Notes: a model not told the origin generated them from the letters alone. A stretch of DNA of 64,000 bases from Candidatus Nomurabacteria bacterium (GCA_943356495.1 CALRFF010000001.1:24957-88956); one strand, 5' to 3'; positions 8,041-16,887 are shown, counted from the stretch's first letter. Made by a program: numbers and translations.

Positions 8041-9423
8041 CTAGAAATCTTGTGCAGCCGCCTCAAACACGCCGAAGTCGGTTTTGGACAACGACTCAAA
8101 GGTGGCGCGCTTTTCGTTAAACTTAAGCTCGATTTTACCGGTGGGGCCGTTGCGGTGCTTTTCTATCAAAATTTCGGCAATACCGGGGCGGTCGGACTCT
8201 TCTTTGTTAACTTTGTCGTCGCGGTGGATAAACATCACCACGTCGGCGTCCTGCTCGATAGAGCCCGAGTCGCGCAGGTCGGAAAGGCGCGGTTTGCCGC
8301 CGCGTTGCTCGACCGCGCGGCTCAGCTGCGAAAGCGCCAAGACCGGCACATCAAGCTCACGCGCCAAATTCTTGAGCGAGCGGGAAATCTCGGTCACTTG
8401 CTGGACCATACTGTCGGTCGCGCGGGCGCCGGTGGGGATCATGAGCTGCAAGTAGTCGACCACCAGCAGGCCCAGACCGTTTTCGCGCTTGAGGCGGCGG
8501 GCTACGGCGCGCATTTTAAGAATGTTGTTGCCGGGCTGGTCGTCGATAAATATCGGTGCGGCGCCCAAGCGGTCGTAGGCGTCGCGGATACGGCCAAAGT
8601 CGTCGGAACCCTCTTTAATGCGGCCCACGCGCCAGTCCCATGCGTTTACCCGCGCTTCGGCGGCTATCATACGGTCGACCAGCTGCTGCGAGGACATTTC
8701 GAGGCTAAAGATGCCCACGGTAGTGCCGTGTAAAATGGCGCTTTGTCGCGCGATGTCGAGCGCCAACGACGTTTTACCCATCGAGGGACGTGCCGCAAGG
8801 ATTATGAGGTCGCTTTTTTGAAATCCGGCCAGCAGGTTGTCGAGGTCGGTAAAGCCAGTGCGGATACCGCGCGACTCACCCTGATGCTCCTGCAGGTGCT
8901 CGTAGTGCTCCCACGCTTTGCCCAAGCTTTCGCGCAAGCTTACAAACTTCGTCAATGACGGCATGTCGGTAACTTCGTATATTTTCTTTTCGGCTTTGTC
9001 GAGCGTGCTGTCCAAGTCTTCGCTCTCGTCAAAACCAAGCTCGGCCACGTACTCGCCGGCGTCTATAAGCGAGCGGAGCATAAACTTTTTCTGCACTTGG
9101 CTTGCGTAGTGCTTGGCGTTGCTCGCGGCGGGGACCTCCGAGGCAAGCTCGGCCAAGTAGCCAACCCCGCCTATCTGCTCGAGGTGTCCGAGGTCGCTCA
9201 GCTTTGCACGTACCGACTCAACATCGATGGGCTCGGCTTTGCCGTAGAGCATCAGCATTGCGCGGTACATAATGCGATGCTTTTCGCTATAAAAAGCGTC
9301 GTCCGTAAGCACCTCGGTAGCCTCTATCATCGCGTCGGGGCGTATCAGCAAGGCACCGAGGAGTGCCTTCTCGGTCTCGAGTGTTTGCGGGGGCAATCTA
9401 AGCCCGTCCCTTTTGCGTACCAT
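8041..9423 (-). CDS. dnaB: replicative DNA helicase DnaB
   Basis: DnaB N-terminal domain (TLETEKALLGALLI) and RecA-like domain with Walker A GKTSLALDIA. Confidence 0.9.
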   Translation of the reverse strand: MVRKRDGLRLPPQTLETEKALLGALLIRPDAMIEATEVLTDDAFYSEKHRIMYRAMLMLYGKAEPIDVESVRAKLSDLGHLEQIGGVGYLAELASEVPAASNAKHYASQVQKKFMLRSLIDAGEYVAELGFDESEDLDSTLDKAEKKIYEVTDMPSLTKFVSLRESLGKAWEHYEHLQEHQGESRGIRTGFTDLDNLLAGFQKSDLIILAARPSMGKTSLALDIARQSAILHGTTVGIFSLEMSSQQLVDRMIAAEARVNAWDWRVGRIKEGSDDFGRIRDAYDRLGAAPIFIDDQPGNNILKMRAVARRLKRENGLGLLVVDYLQLMIPTGARATDSMVQQVTEISRSLKNLARELDVPVLALSQLSRAVEQRGGKPRLSDLRDSGSIEQDADVVMFIHRDDKVNKEESDRPGIAEILIEKHRNGPTGKIELKFNEKRATFESLSKTDFGVFEAAAQDF

Positions 9424-9498
9424 GTACCCATCGTACGCTCCTACAGGCCAAGGTCAAAGATGTGTATAGGTCGGATAACGAGGGGACAAGAATACGGC

Positions 9499-10887
9499 CT
9501 ACTTTTTGGTTATTTGGGAGCCGGCGGGGGTGTCTTTTAATTCGTAGCCAGCGGATTCAATTTCTTTCCGCATGTCGTCGGCCTTTTCGAAGTCTTTGTG
9601 CTCGCGGGCGGCCTCGCGAGCCTCAACCAGCGCTTTAATACCCTCGGGCAGCTCGTCGCGGGTGACGGTAAGCTTTTGTGCAGGCTTAACCTCAGCAAGT
9701 CCCAACCCTAATATTTTGTCGGCCTCGGTCAAAGAGGCGCGTTTGACCGCCGGCGTTACGGCAGGGTCGCGTACAAGCTCCCACACACGCGCCAGTGCTT
9801 GCGGGGTGTTTAGGTCGTCGGCTATCGCCGTATAAAACTCTTTTAAAAATACAGGGTCGCCGGCCAAGGTAGATGCAGGGAGCTCGTTGTAAAAACGGGC
9901 GAGGCGCACGAGTGCGGTGTTGGCGCCCTCGACCGCGTCCCAGGTAAAGTTCATCGGTGTGCGGTAGTGTCCGGTCAAAAACCAGTAGCGCAAACTGCGG
10001 GGGAAGAGCCCGCGGTCTACTAAGTTGCGCAAGTATACCGTGTTGCCTAAAGACTTGCTTACTTTTTTGCCCTCAATAGTAATGTGCGCGTTATGCACCC
10101 AGTAGCGGGCAAACGGTTTGTGGGTCAAAGCCTCGGCCTGCGCCAACTCATTGTTGTGGTGCACGGGCGCCAAGTCGATACCGCCCATATGTATGTCTAT
10201 CTGTTTACCGAGGAGTTTAAAAATCATGGCAACGCACTCGGTGTGCCAGCCGGGGAAGCCAAGCCCCCACGGTGACTCCCAGCCCAATTTGTTATCGCGC
10301 TTCCACAAGGCAAAGTCGTTTGGCCCGCGCTTTTCTTTATTTTCTTCCACACGGGCACCGGCAAGCTGTCCCGCCAAGTTAACGCCGCCCAGTTTGCCGT
10401 AGGCGGGGAATTGTTTGGTGTCAAAGTACACGCCGTCACTCGTTTTGTAAGCGTAGCTTTTTTGCTCGAGTGACTTTACCAAGGCTATTTGCTCTTCTAT
10501 ATAGTCGCTGGCGCGCGGGTAGCGTATCGAAGAAGGCGTAATACCCAAATGCGGCAAGTCGGCAAAAAAAAGTGCTGCATACTTTTCGGCCACCGTGCGC
10601 ATGTTGGCAAGCGTCGGCTCGAGCCCCTCGCGCCGTAGACCTTTGGTCATTTTGTCCTCGCTGTCTTCGTCGTCGCTTATGTGCCCGAAGTCGGTAATGT
10701 TGTTGACCTCGTCTACGTTGTGCCCCCAGCTCTCCAGCGTGCGGCGCAGCACATTGGCCACCACCGGCGGGAAGAGGTTGCCCACATGCTGTTCGTCATA
10801 GGCGGTAGGGCCGCAGTTGTATAGCTTGACCGTGCCGTTTAAGGGCACAAAGCGCTCGAGCCCGCCGCTTAGCGAGTTGTGGAGCAT
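9499..10887 (-). CDS. cysS: cysteine--tRNA ligase
   Basis: Class I aaRS with a HIGH-region variant, KMSKS (KVSKSLGN) and cysteine-specific zinc ligands. Start set at MLHNSL. Confidence 0.9.
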   Translation of the reverse strand: MLHNSLSGGLERFVPLNGTVKLYNCGPTAYDEQHVGNLFPPVVANVLRRTLESWGHNVDEVNNITDFGHISDDEDSEDKMTKGLRREGLEPTLANMRTVAEKYAALFFADLPHLGITPSSIRYPRASDYIEEQIALVKSLEQKSYAYKTSDGVYFDTKQFPAYGKLGGVNLAGQLAGARVEENKEKRGPNDFALWKRDNKLGWESPWGLGFPGWHTECVAMIFKLLGKQIDIHMGGIDLAPVHHNNELAQAEALTHKPFARYWVHNAHITIEGKKVSKSLGNTVYLRNLVDRGLFPRSLRYWFLTGHYRTPMNFTWDAVEGANTALVRLARFYNELPASTLAGDPVFLKEFYTAIADDLNTPQALARVWELVRDPAVTPAVKRASLTEADKILGLGLAEVKPAQKLTVTRDELPEGIKALVEAREAAREHKDFEKADDMRKEIESAGYELKDTPAGSQITKK

Positions 10888-10898
10888 AAGCTTGGGCT

Positions 10899-11819
10899 TT
10901 ACAGCCAGCCCTTTCTTTTGAAATAGAGAAAACATGTAAAGGCTAGTATACCCATTCCTCCGAGCAGAATCCAAAAGTCCGCCGGTAGGCCGATAATGGG
11001 GTTGTTTATTGTGTTCATGCCAAACAGGCTGGCGATAAACTGCAGCGGCAAGAAGACAAAGGCCAGCACGGTAAGCGTCTTCATTATTTCGTTTTGCTTG
11101 GTGTTAAGCAAAGAGTCGTTGGTGGCGCGCAGCTCGCTTAACGAGTCGCGCAAGTTTTCGAGCGCGCTTTCGACCCGCTCGTACGCGCCTATAGTTTCGC
11201 GCACATAGTAGGAGTACTCGGCCCCAAACACGCGGTTGCCCACCGGCTCGTACGAGCGCAGCATGTCGCGGTGCGGCGCCAGCGCTTGGCGAAAGTCGTG
11301 TATCACGCGGCCGGTCTGCGACAGCTCGATAACCATGCGGCGTTCGTCACCTTTAAAAATCCGGTCTTCGATGTCCTGTAAATGGCGGTGCAGGTTGTCG
11401 CACTCGTTGCCCAGCGCCTCGTACAACTTGCGCACCATGCCGGCAAAGAGGTGCCCGCCGTGGGTCGAGCCGCCGCGGCCCAAGACCGAGTTAACCTCGA
11501 AGGCTTTGGCAAAGGAGTGCAAAGGATCGATGTTTTCGTACCGCGCGGTGATAAGAAAATGCTTGCCTATGACAAAGTCTATTTCCTGCTCGGGGCGGCT
11601 TGAGCTAGCCCGCATGCCGTTGCGCATGGCGGGGAAGTGCAAAATCATGTAGATAGCGTCGCCGCGGCGCTCGACCTTTGGCTTAAACGAGGGTACCAAA
11701 AGCTCCTCCGCAATAAGCGGGTCGAGATCGAACTCTTTCATAAGCGCGCGGACCTCGCTTGGTGTGGGTGCCACCAAGTCGACCCATGTCAAAGCGTGCT
11801 GCGCGTAGCGCGTGAGCAT
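10899..11819 (-). CDS. corA: magnesium/cobalt transporter CorA
   Basis: C-terminal two TM helices with the GMN signature (FGMNTINNP). True start MLTRYAQ at 11819; the 626-aa track ORF is an upstream run-on. Confidence 0.85.
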   Translation of the reverse strand: MLTRYAQHALTWVDLVAPTPSEVRALMKEFDLDPLIAEELLVPSFKPKVERRGDAIYMILHFPAMRNGMRASSSRPEQEIDFVIGKHFLITARYENIDPLHSFAKAFEVNSVLGRGGSTHGGHLFAGMVRKLYEALGNECDNLHRHLQDIEDRIFKGDERRMVIELSQTGRVIHDFRQALAPHRDMLRSYEPVGNRVFGAEYSYYVRETIGAYERVESALENLRDSLSELRATNDSLLNTKQNEIMKTLTVLAFVFLPLQFIASLFGMNTINNPIIGLPADFWILLGGMGILAFTCFLYFKRKGWL

Positions 11820-11840
11820 GCTATTTAGTATACTGTATCC

Positions 11841-13067
11841 ATGAAAAGGCAGCGGTGGACAGCGGCGGGGAGTCTTGTCGCTTTGGCTATTGCGTTTAGC
11901 GTGGGGCTCTACACCGGCGTCTCCGAGTGGGGCGGCAGCCGCGCCGCGGCACAAAGCGACTTGTTTGGGACCGGAACCCAGCCGGGCAGCATCAACATGG
12001 GCCAGTTTTGGCAGGCGTGGAACGTGCTTGACGAGCATTTTGTGCAGGTGCACGCATCGACCACGCTCCCCACCGATGAAGAAAAAATATACGGGGCGAT
12101 AGCGGGGCTTACCGCCAGCTACGGCGACCCGTACACGGTCTTTTTGCCGCCGGAAGACGCGCAGATATTTAACGACGACATCAGCGGCTCGTTCGGCGGC
12201 GTGGGCATGGACTTGGCTCAAAAAGAAGGCCGCGTAACCGTGGTGGCTCCGCTTAAGGGCTCGCCGGCCGAGGCCGCCGGTGTCCGCAGCGGCGACGTGG
12301 TGTTGGCGGTTAACGGCACCTCGACCGAGAGCATGTCGGTTGACCAAGCGGTCAAGATAATCCGCGGACCCAAAGGCACGACCGTTGCGCTTACTATGTC
12401 GCGCGCGGGGGTAGCCCAGCCGTTTGTGGTAAAGATAGTGCGCGACACTATTACTATCCCCGTTATCAACGCGTACGCGCGCGGCGACGGCGTGTTTGTT
12501 ATCGAGCTGTACAGCTTTTCGCAAAACTCGGCAGAGCTGTTTCGTGGCGCGTTGCGGCAGTTTTTCCTGTCGGGCCAGACTAAAATGATTCTCGACCTGC
12601 GCGGCAACCCCGGCGGCTACTTGGACGCGGCGGTGGACATGGCCAGCTACTTTTTGCCGGTGGGCGACGTGGTGGTAACCGAGGACTACAAAGGCAAGGC
12701 GTCTAATATCGCGCACCGCTCGCTCGGCTACAACGTGTTTGCAAACAAACAACTGAGTATGGCGATATTGGTTGACCAAGGTTCGGCCTCTGCTTCAGAA
12801 ATTTTGGCGGGCGCCCTGCAGCAGCACGGTGTAGGTAAGTTGGTGGGCCAGCGCACGTTCGGCAAAGGCTCGGTACAGCAGCTGGTAGACCTAGGGAACG
12901 GGGCCGAGCTTAAAATTACGGTCGCGCGCTGGCTAACCCCTAACGGGACTTCCATTAGCGACGGCGGGCTTACCCCTGACTTTACGGCAACCACGACCGC
13001 CAAAGACGTTGCTGCGGGCAAAGACCCGCAAAAAGACGCCGCCCTTTCGTGGCTCGCAACGCAGTAG
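11841..13067 (+). CDS. ctpA: carboxyl-terminal processing protease (S41 family) with PDZ domain
   Basis: N-terminal anchor or signal, PDZ domain (GSPAEAAGVRSGDVVLAVNG), and S41 catalytic region with GG motif and Ser/Lys dyad region. Confidence 0.8.
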   Translation: MKRQRWTAAGSLVALAIAFSVGLYTGVSEWGGSRAAAQSDLFGTGTQPGSINMGQFWQAWNVLDEHFVQVHASTTLPTDEEKIYGAIAGLTASYGDPYTVFLPPEDAQIFNDDISGSFGGVGMDLAQKEGRVTVVAPLKGSPAEAAGVRSGDVVLAVNGTSTESMSVDQAVKIIRGPKGTTVALTMSRAGVAQPFVVKIVRDTITIPVINAYARGDGVFVIELYSFSQNSAELFRGALRQFFLSGQTKMILDLRGNPGGYLDAAVDMASYFLPVGDVVVTEDYKGKASNIAHRSLGYNVFANKQLSMAILVDQGSASASEILAGALQQHGVGKLVGQRTFGKGSVQQLVDLGNGAELKITVARWLTPNGTSISDGGLTPDFTATTTAKDVAAGKDPQKDAALSWLATQ

Positions 13068-13089
13068 GGACATTTGGTACAGTAGGGGC

Positions 13090-13536
13090 ATGAAAGTCAT
13101 TTTGCTTAAAGACGTGCGCGGGGTGGGCTTGCATGGCACTATCCAGAATGTGGCCGACGGCTATGCGGTTAACCGTCTTTTCCCCGCCAAGCTTGCCGTA
13201 GCCGCTACCGAGGAAAAAATTAAAGAAATAGAGGCGCAGGTAGCCGCCCGTGCGGCGCAGGTAGCCAAAGAGGAAGAGCAGTTGGACAATAAAGTAGCCG
13301 CCCTGCGCGGCAAACGCGTGAGCTTGGCGGCTCGCGCCACCGACAAAGGTGGTTTGTTTAAAGCGGTGTCTGTAACCGACATTGCCAAAGCTATCCGTGC
13401 AGAGCACTCGCTCGAAATTGCCGAGGCCAACATACACCTACCTGAACATATAAAAACAGTGGGGGAGCACATGGTGTTGGTGCGCGGTAAAAACCAAAAG
13501 GCCGAACTTGCCGTGGCGGTTACGCCGGCCCTGTAG
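13090..13536 (+). CDS. rplI: 50S ribosomal protein L9
   Basis: MKVILLKDVRGVGLHGTIQNVADGYAVNRLFP is the canonical L9 N-domain. Start taken at the internal ATG of the track ORF. Confidence 0.85.
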   Translation: MKVILLKDVRGVGLHGTIQNVADGYAVNRLFPAKLAVAATEEKIKEIEAQVAARAAQVAKEEEQLDNKVAALRGKRVSLAARATDKGGLFKAVSVTDIAKAIRAEHSLEIAEANIHLPEHIKTVGEHMVLVRGKNQKAELAVAVTPAL

Positions 13537-13576
13537 GCCTCATGCAATCTTTAGGCTGTTTTGGTATTGTGCCTGT

Positions 13577-13888
13577 ATGAAAAAAGTCCTAGCCGTTGCT
13601 ACCTTTGCCGCACTGCTGGCGCCCTCGTTGGTGTTTGCGTCGTACCTGCCGTACAACTCGAGTTACCAAGGTTCGTACCTGCCGTATCAGCAGCAATACT
13701 CGGCGTACCAACCGGCATCGTACTACTACCCGTCATACTCATACTCCAACTACTCTTACCAAAACCAATACTCCTACCCAAGCTACTCATACCCTTCGTA
13801 CAATCAATACTCCTACGGCCCGAGCGTCCGCGTAAACGTAAACGCCACCCCGTATTGGGGCGGCGGATGGGGAGGAGGCTGGTGGTAG
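13577..13888 (+). CDS. secreted Tyr/Ser/Pro/Gln-rich low-complexity protein with Gly-Trp C-terminal tail
   Basis: Signal peptide MKKVLAVATFAALLAPSLVFA, followed by SYLPY / YSYPSYS-type repeats with 29% Tyr, ending GGGWGGGWW. Confidence 0.55.
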   Translation: MKKVLAVATFAALLAPSLVFASYLPYNSSYQGSYLPYQQQYSAYQPASYYYPSYSYSNYSYQNQYSYPSYSYPSYNQYSYGPSVRVNVNATPYWGGGWGGGWW

Positions 13889-13890
13889 TG

Positions 13891-14169
13891 TTACTTCACC
13901 AAAACGTCTACTTTGGAGCGCTTGACGACGTGGCCGTCGAAGTTGGTTTTGCGCACAAGTTTAAAGGAAACTACACCGCCCTTAACCGCATAGATAGTAT
14001 GGTCTTTGCCAAGCTTTACGTTGGCCCCCGGCATCATTTTGGTACCGCGCTGGCGCACGATAATGGCGCCCGGCTTGGCAAATTGGCCGGCAAAGAGCTT
14101 AACGCCAAGGTACTTAGCGTTAGAATCGGTTAGGTTTTTAGCTGTCCCGCCTGCTTTCTTTGATGCCAT
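13891..14169 (-). CDS. rpmA: 50S ribosomal protein L27
   Basis: [29 protein letters not shown]...IVRQRGTK is canonical L27. Confidence 0.9.
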   Translation of the reverse strand: MASKKAGGTAKNLTDSNAKYLGVKLFAGQFAKPGAIIVRQRGTKMMPGANVKLGKDHTIYAVKGGVVSFKLVRKTNFDGHVVKRSKVDVLVK

Positions 14170-14190
14170 ATATTTAGTATTGTGTATGAG

Positions 14191-14346
14191 ATGATACCAA
14201 AAGAGTGGCTTACTGGCAAGCACTGGGAGCCTTTGGTGGTACCGGCTATTGTTATCCTGGTAGGACTCTCTGCTTTTGCGCTTGGGCGGCTCTCGGCGGT
14301 AGCGGGGCAGGGCGCAGGGGGGCTATTTAACACCGAACAACTATGA
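14191..14346 (+). CDS. possible 51-aa membrane protein translationally coupled (ATGA overlap) to the next gene
   Basis: Hydrophobic ORF below the 60-aa track cutoff. Its TGA stop overlaps the ATG at 14343. Weak RBS. Confidence 0.3.
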   Translation: MIPKEWLTGKHWEPLVVPAIVILVGLSAFALGRLSAVAGQGAGGLFNTEQL

Positions 14347-14597
14347 ACAAACAACTAAAAAGGGTATTGGTGCTGTCGCTTGCGGTGCTGTTTATTGTGC
14401 TGGGGCTTGTCGGCCTTGTGTTGCCCTTTTTGCAGGGGTTTTTGTTTTTGGCGATAGGAATACTCTTGCTGTCGCTGTACTCGCCGACGGTGCGGCACTG
14501 GCTCGACACCCACACAGTTAAGTATCCGAAACTCCACAGATTTGTCGGCAAAGCCGAGGCGTGGGTAGTTAAAATATTTGGCGCACCGGACGCGTAA
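14343..14597 (+). CDS. DUF454/YbaN-like small inner-membrane protein
   Basis: 84 aa with two TM helices and a YbaN-like pattern (LVLSLAVLFIVLGLVGLVLPFLQG...HWL). Confidence 0.55.
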   Translation: MNKQLKRVLVLSLAVLFIVLGLVGLVLPFLQGFLFLAIGILLLSLYSPTVRHWLDTHTVKYPKLHRFVGKAEAWVVKIFGAPDA

Positions 14598-14616
14598 CTG
14601 CGCTATACTCAACCCC

Positions 14617-15216
14617 ATGATTGCAGTTGATGTAGAAGCAAGCGGCATTGGCCCCGACACCCACTCGATAGTATCGGTAGGCGCGGTTGACCTCGACAAT
14701 CCGACCCGCACTTTTTACGAAGAGTGCCGCGTGTGGGAGGGCGCGCATATCAACGACGAGGCTATGGTGGTAAACGGATTTACCAAAGAACAAGTAACAG
14801 ACCCAAACAAACAAAGCGAAGCTGATTTGGTGCATAAGTTTGCCGCGTTTGCCGAGCCGATAGCCGACCGCACTTTGGCGGGGCAAAATGTGTCTTTTGA
14901 CCGTGATTTGTTGCAGGCCGCGGCTAAGCGCGCGGGCCACACCAATTGGCCTTTTGCGCACCGTACCATCGACAGCCATAGCCTGTGTTGGATGCATATG
15001 GTTAAGAGGGGACTCACTCCCCCGATAGATGCCGAACACAAGCGCTCTGGCTTGAACTTAGACGCGATACTCAACTATTGCGGTATCCCCGAGGAGCCCA
15101 AGCCCCACAACGCGCTTACCGGCGCCAAGAGCCATGCCGAAGTAATTTCGCGCCTACTGTACGATAAAAAACTCCTGCCGGAGTTTGAGCAGTACGAGAT
15201 TCCGTGGCTTAAGTAG
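14617..15216 (+). CDS. DEDDh 3'-5' exonuclease (DnaQ/epsilon-like)
   Basis: Exo I motif (IAVDVEASG), Exo II (FDRDLL) and Exo III with His (HNALTGAKSHAEV). Confidence 0.7.
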   Translation: MIAVDVEASGIGPDTHSIVSVGAVDLDNPTRTFYEECRVWEGAHINDEAMVVNGFTKEQVTDPNKQSEADLVHKFAAFAEPIADRTLAGQNVSFDRDLLQAAAKRAGHTNWPFAHRTIDSHSLCWMHMVKRGLTPPIDAEHKRSGLNLDAILNYCGIPEEPKPHNALTGAKSHAEVISRLLYDKKLLPEFEQYEIPWLK

Positions 15217-15250
15217 TTGAAACAGAGTAAAATCGCATAGTTAGAAACAG

Positions 15251-15321
15251 CGGGCCGTAGTATATCGGCAGTACACATGCATGGGGTGCATGTAGGCCGG
15301 GTTCGATTCCCGGCGGCCCGA
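15251..15321 (+). tRNA. tRNA-Pro (anticodon GGG)
   Basis: Acceptor CGGGCCG/CGGCCCG, anticodon stem CATGC/GCATG with loop ATGGGGT (U33, GGG, G37), T-arm CCGGG-TTCGATT-CCCGG, short variable loop. Confidence 0.75.
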
Positions 15322-15401
15322 CACGTTTAAAAGTTTTGATACAACGATAAAAAACGTTGTCAAATAAGGGTATTTTGTAATAGATGGGGTAGGCTTTTTT
15401 C

Positions 15402-15447
15402 TTGTCAAGCTCGGCGCTTGACCCCCTTGACAAAAATGTAGTATCAT
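15402..15447 (+). promoter_or_regulatory. nested palindrome (TTGTCAAG...CTTGACAA enclosing GTCAAGC-n5-GCTTGAC) overlapping a -35 TTGACC / -10 TAGTAT-TATCAT promoter-like element
   Basis: Perfect inverted repeats seen directly, with sigma70-like hexamers at about 16-18 bp spacing. Lies upstream of the secreted transglycosylase gene. Confidence 0.4.
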
Positions 15448-15455
15448 ATCCTTAT

Positions 15456-15485
15456 CCCTGAGCGGTCGAGCTCGGGGCTTTTTTG
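15456..15485 (+). terminator. intrinsic terminator-like hairpin and T-tract in the leader of the 15526 gene
   Basis: CCCTGAGC-ggtcga-GCTCGGGG followed by CTTTTTTG. Confidence 0.5.
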
Positions 15486-15525
15486 TTCCCGTGCGCCGTT
15501 AATCAACTTATATGAACACCATACA

Positions 15526-15957
15526 ATGCCTTTCGCAACTGGTTTCGCTCTTGCGGTCTCTCTGGCACTAAGCAGCGCTTCGGCGCCGCTCCAGACGCAG
15601 GGTCTGATGCCGGCCGCGCAGTCGCCCAAGGAGTTCGTTGAAAGTTACTTCGCTGACGTTCCGATTATGATTAAGGTCGCGCATTGCGAGTCGCGTTTTC
15701 GCCAGTACGGTACCGACGGTTCGGTATTTCGCGGCATAGTCAACGACCTCGACGTCGGTATTATGCAGGTTAACGAGTATTACCACTCGTCTACCGCAGA
15801 AAAGCTCGGTCTCGACCTCTACACGATACAAGGCAACGTGGCATACGCCCGCTACTTGTACGAAAAGCAAGGCACCGCCCCGTGGGTATCCTCGGAGCCG
15901 TGCTGGGGTAAATACAAAACTAAACCCTCGGCTATCGTAGCCACGGTTAAGAAATAA
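15526..15957 (+). CDS. secreted lytic transglycosylase-like (SLT/GH23-type) domain protein
   Basis: Signal peptide, then AHCESRFRQY...VGIMQVNE resembling the catalytic Glu-Ser and GLMQ motifs of SLT domains. Confidence 0.55.
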   Translation: MPFATGFALAVSLALSSASAPLQTQGLMPAAQSPKEFVESYFADVPIMIKVAHCESRFRQYGTDGSVFRGIVNDLDVGIMQVNEYYHSSTAEKLGLDLYTIQGNVAYARYLYEKQGTAPWVSSEPCWGKYKTKPSAIVATVKK

Positions 15958-15981
15958 TTTTGCAGCAAAAGCCGCCTTTGG

Positions 15982-16353
15982 TTAACCCCAAGGGCGGTTT
16001 TTGTCTGTCGATATATACAAGAGGCCGCCGATGATCCCGAGGTTAAGCACAAACCGGTTTAGGTCGCCGTCGTCGTTAAAGTTGGTAAGAAAGCCGGCCT
16101 GCAGGACAAGGTAGAGCGTTAGCATAAGTGCCGCGTAGCGGGTATACACGCCGATAATAATCGCAATACCGCCCACCACCTCGACAACTACTACCGCCAT
16201 TGCCAAAAGAGACCCGTAGGGAAGTCCGTGGGCGGCAAACATAGCCGCCGCGGCAGGGAGGTTGAGCGCGGCCTGTATCCCGTTCCACAAAAAGAACCCG
16301 CCCATAAACACCCGGCCGATCAAAGGAGCGTAGCAGTCTATCCAGACGTTCAT
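15982..16353 (-). CDS. DoxX family membrane protein
   Basis: Four TM helices with a DoxX-like pattern (GRVFMGGFFLWNGIQ...). Start taken at MNVWID. Confidence 0.7.
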   Translation of the reverse strand: MNVWIDCYAPLIGRVFMGGFFLWNGIQAALNLPAAAAMFAAHGLPYGSLLAMAVVVVEVVGGIAIIIGVYTRYAALMLTLYLVLQAGFLTNFNDDGDLNRFVLNLGIIGGLLYISTDKNRPWG

Positions 16354-16414
16354 AGGTTGATTATACGGTATAGTCGGGATAGGCTTCTGATAGTTGAAAA
16401 TTGAGGAGGGCCGC

Positions 16415-16555
16415 ATGGCTGAAGAGCCTCTTGACCAAGGTAAGCAGTTGCAAGTTTTCTTGGACGCCATAGGCATGGGCAATCCTTGGATTGCCGGACT
16501 CTACGCGTTTGGGAGTCTTGCCGGGCTTGCTGCCGCCGTGATTAGTTTCTGGTAA
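16415..16555 (+). CDS. 46-aa small membrane protein (MAEEPLDQGKQLQVFLDAIGMGNPWIAGLYAFGSLAGLAAAVISFW)
   Basis: Perfect SD GAGGAGG 4 nt upstream of the ATG, one TM helix, and a terminator hairpin CCGCCCC-acctc-GGGGCGG followed by TCTTTTG directly after the stop. Below the 60-aa cutoff, so absent from the track. Confidence 0.45.
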   Translation: MAEEPLDQGKQLQVFLDAIGMGNPWIAGLYAFGSLAGLAAAVISFW

Positions 16556-16671
16556 TCCGGCCGCCCCACCTCGGGGCGGTCTTTTGTATCAAAGGCGGGG
16601 GAGTGACTACCCTCTTTTAGTCGAGATTTTTACGGGGTATAGTGGTCGCAGATTTGACCGGAGGTATCACT

Positions 16672-16887
16672 ATGACCGAACAGAAGCCATCTTTTGCCGA
16701 GCTGGTCGAAGGCGCCGCACAAGCCCGTGGCAATCCGCCCGTAGCGCGCTCGTTTATCGAAGAGGCGCTTCGCAAGATCAACGCCAACGAAGTTGAGGTC
16801 ACCAAGTATCCAAGCGGTTCGCCGACATTGCGGGCCGTCTACGAGGTGGCGGTGCTCCTCGAGAGTGAGGCAACGGTAAAGAATTGA
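16672..16887 (+). CDS. hypothetical small soluble protein (71 aa)
   Basis: GGAGG 7 nt upstream of MTEQK and a terminator-like hairpin downstream. No recognisable motifs. Confidence 0.4.
   Translation: MTEQKPSFAELVEGAAQARGNPPVARSFIEEALRKINANEVEVTKYPSGSPTLRAVYEVAVLLESEATVKN

Noticed and set aside
10899-12779. 626-aa minus-strand ORF suggesting a giant CorA fusion
   Set aside because: Only the C-terminal 306 aa (from MLTRYAQ at 11819) are CorA. The upstream 320 aa are an open-frame run-on typical of high-GC DNA, antisense to ctpA, with Arg/His/Ala-rich nonsense.
15322-15525. SRP RNA / 6S / tmRNA in the 200-bp spacer after tRNA-Pro
   Set aside because: No SRP domain-IV-like GGAA/AGCAGG-CC motif and no tRNA-like tmRNA ends. 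The spacer is better explained by hairpins, a promoter and a terminator (see finding).
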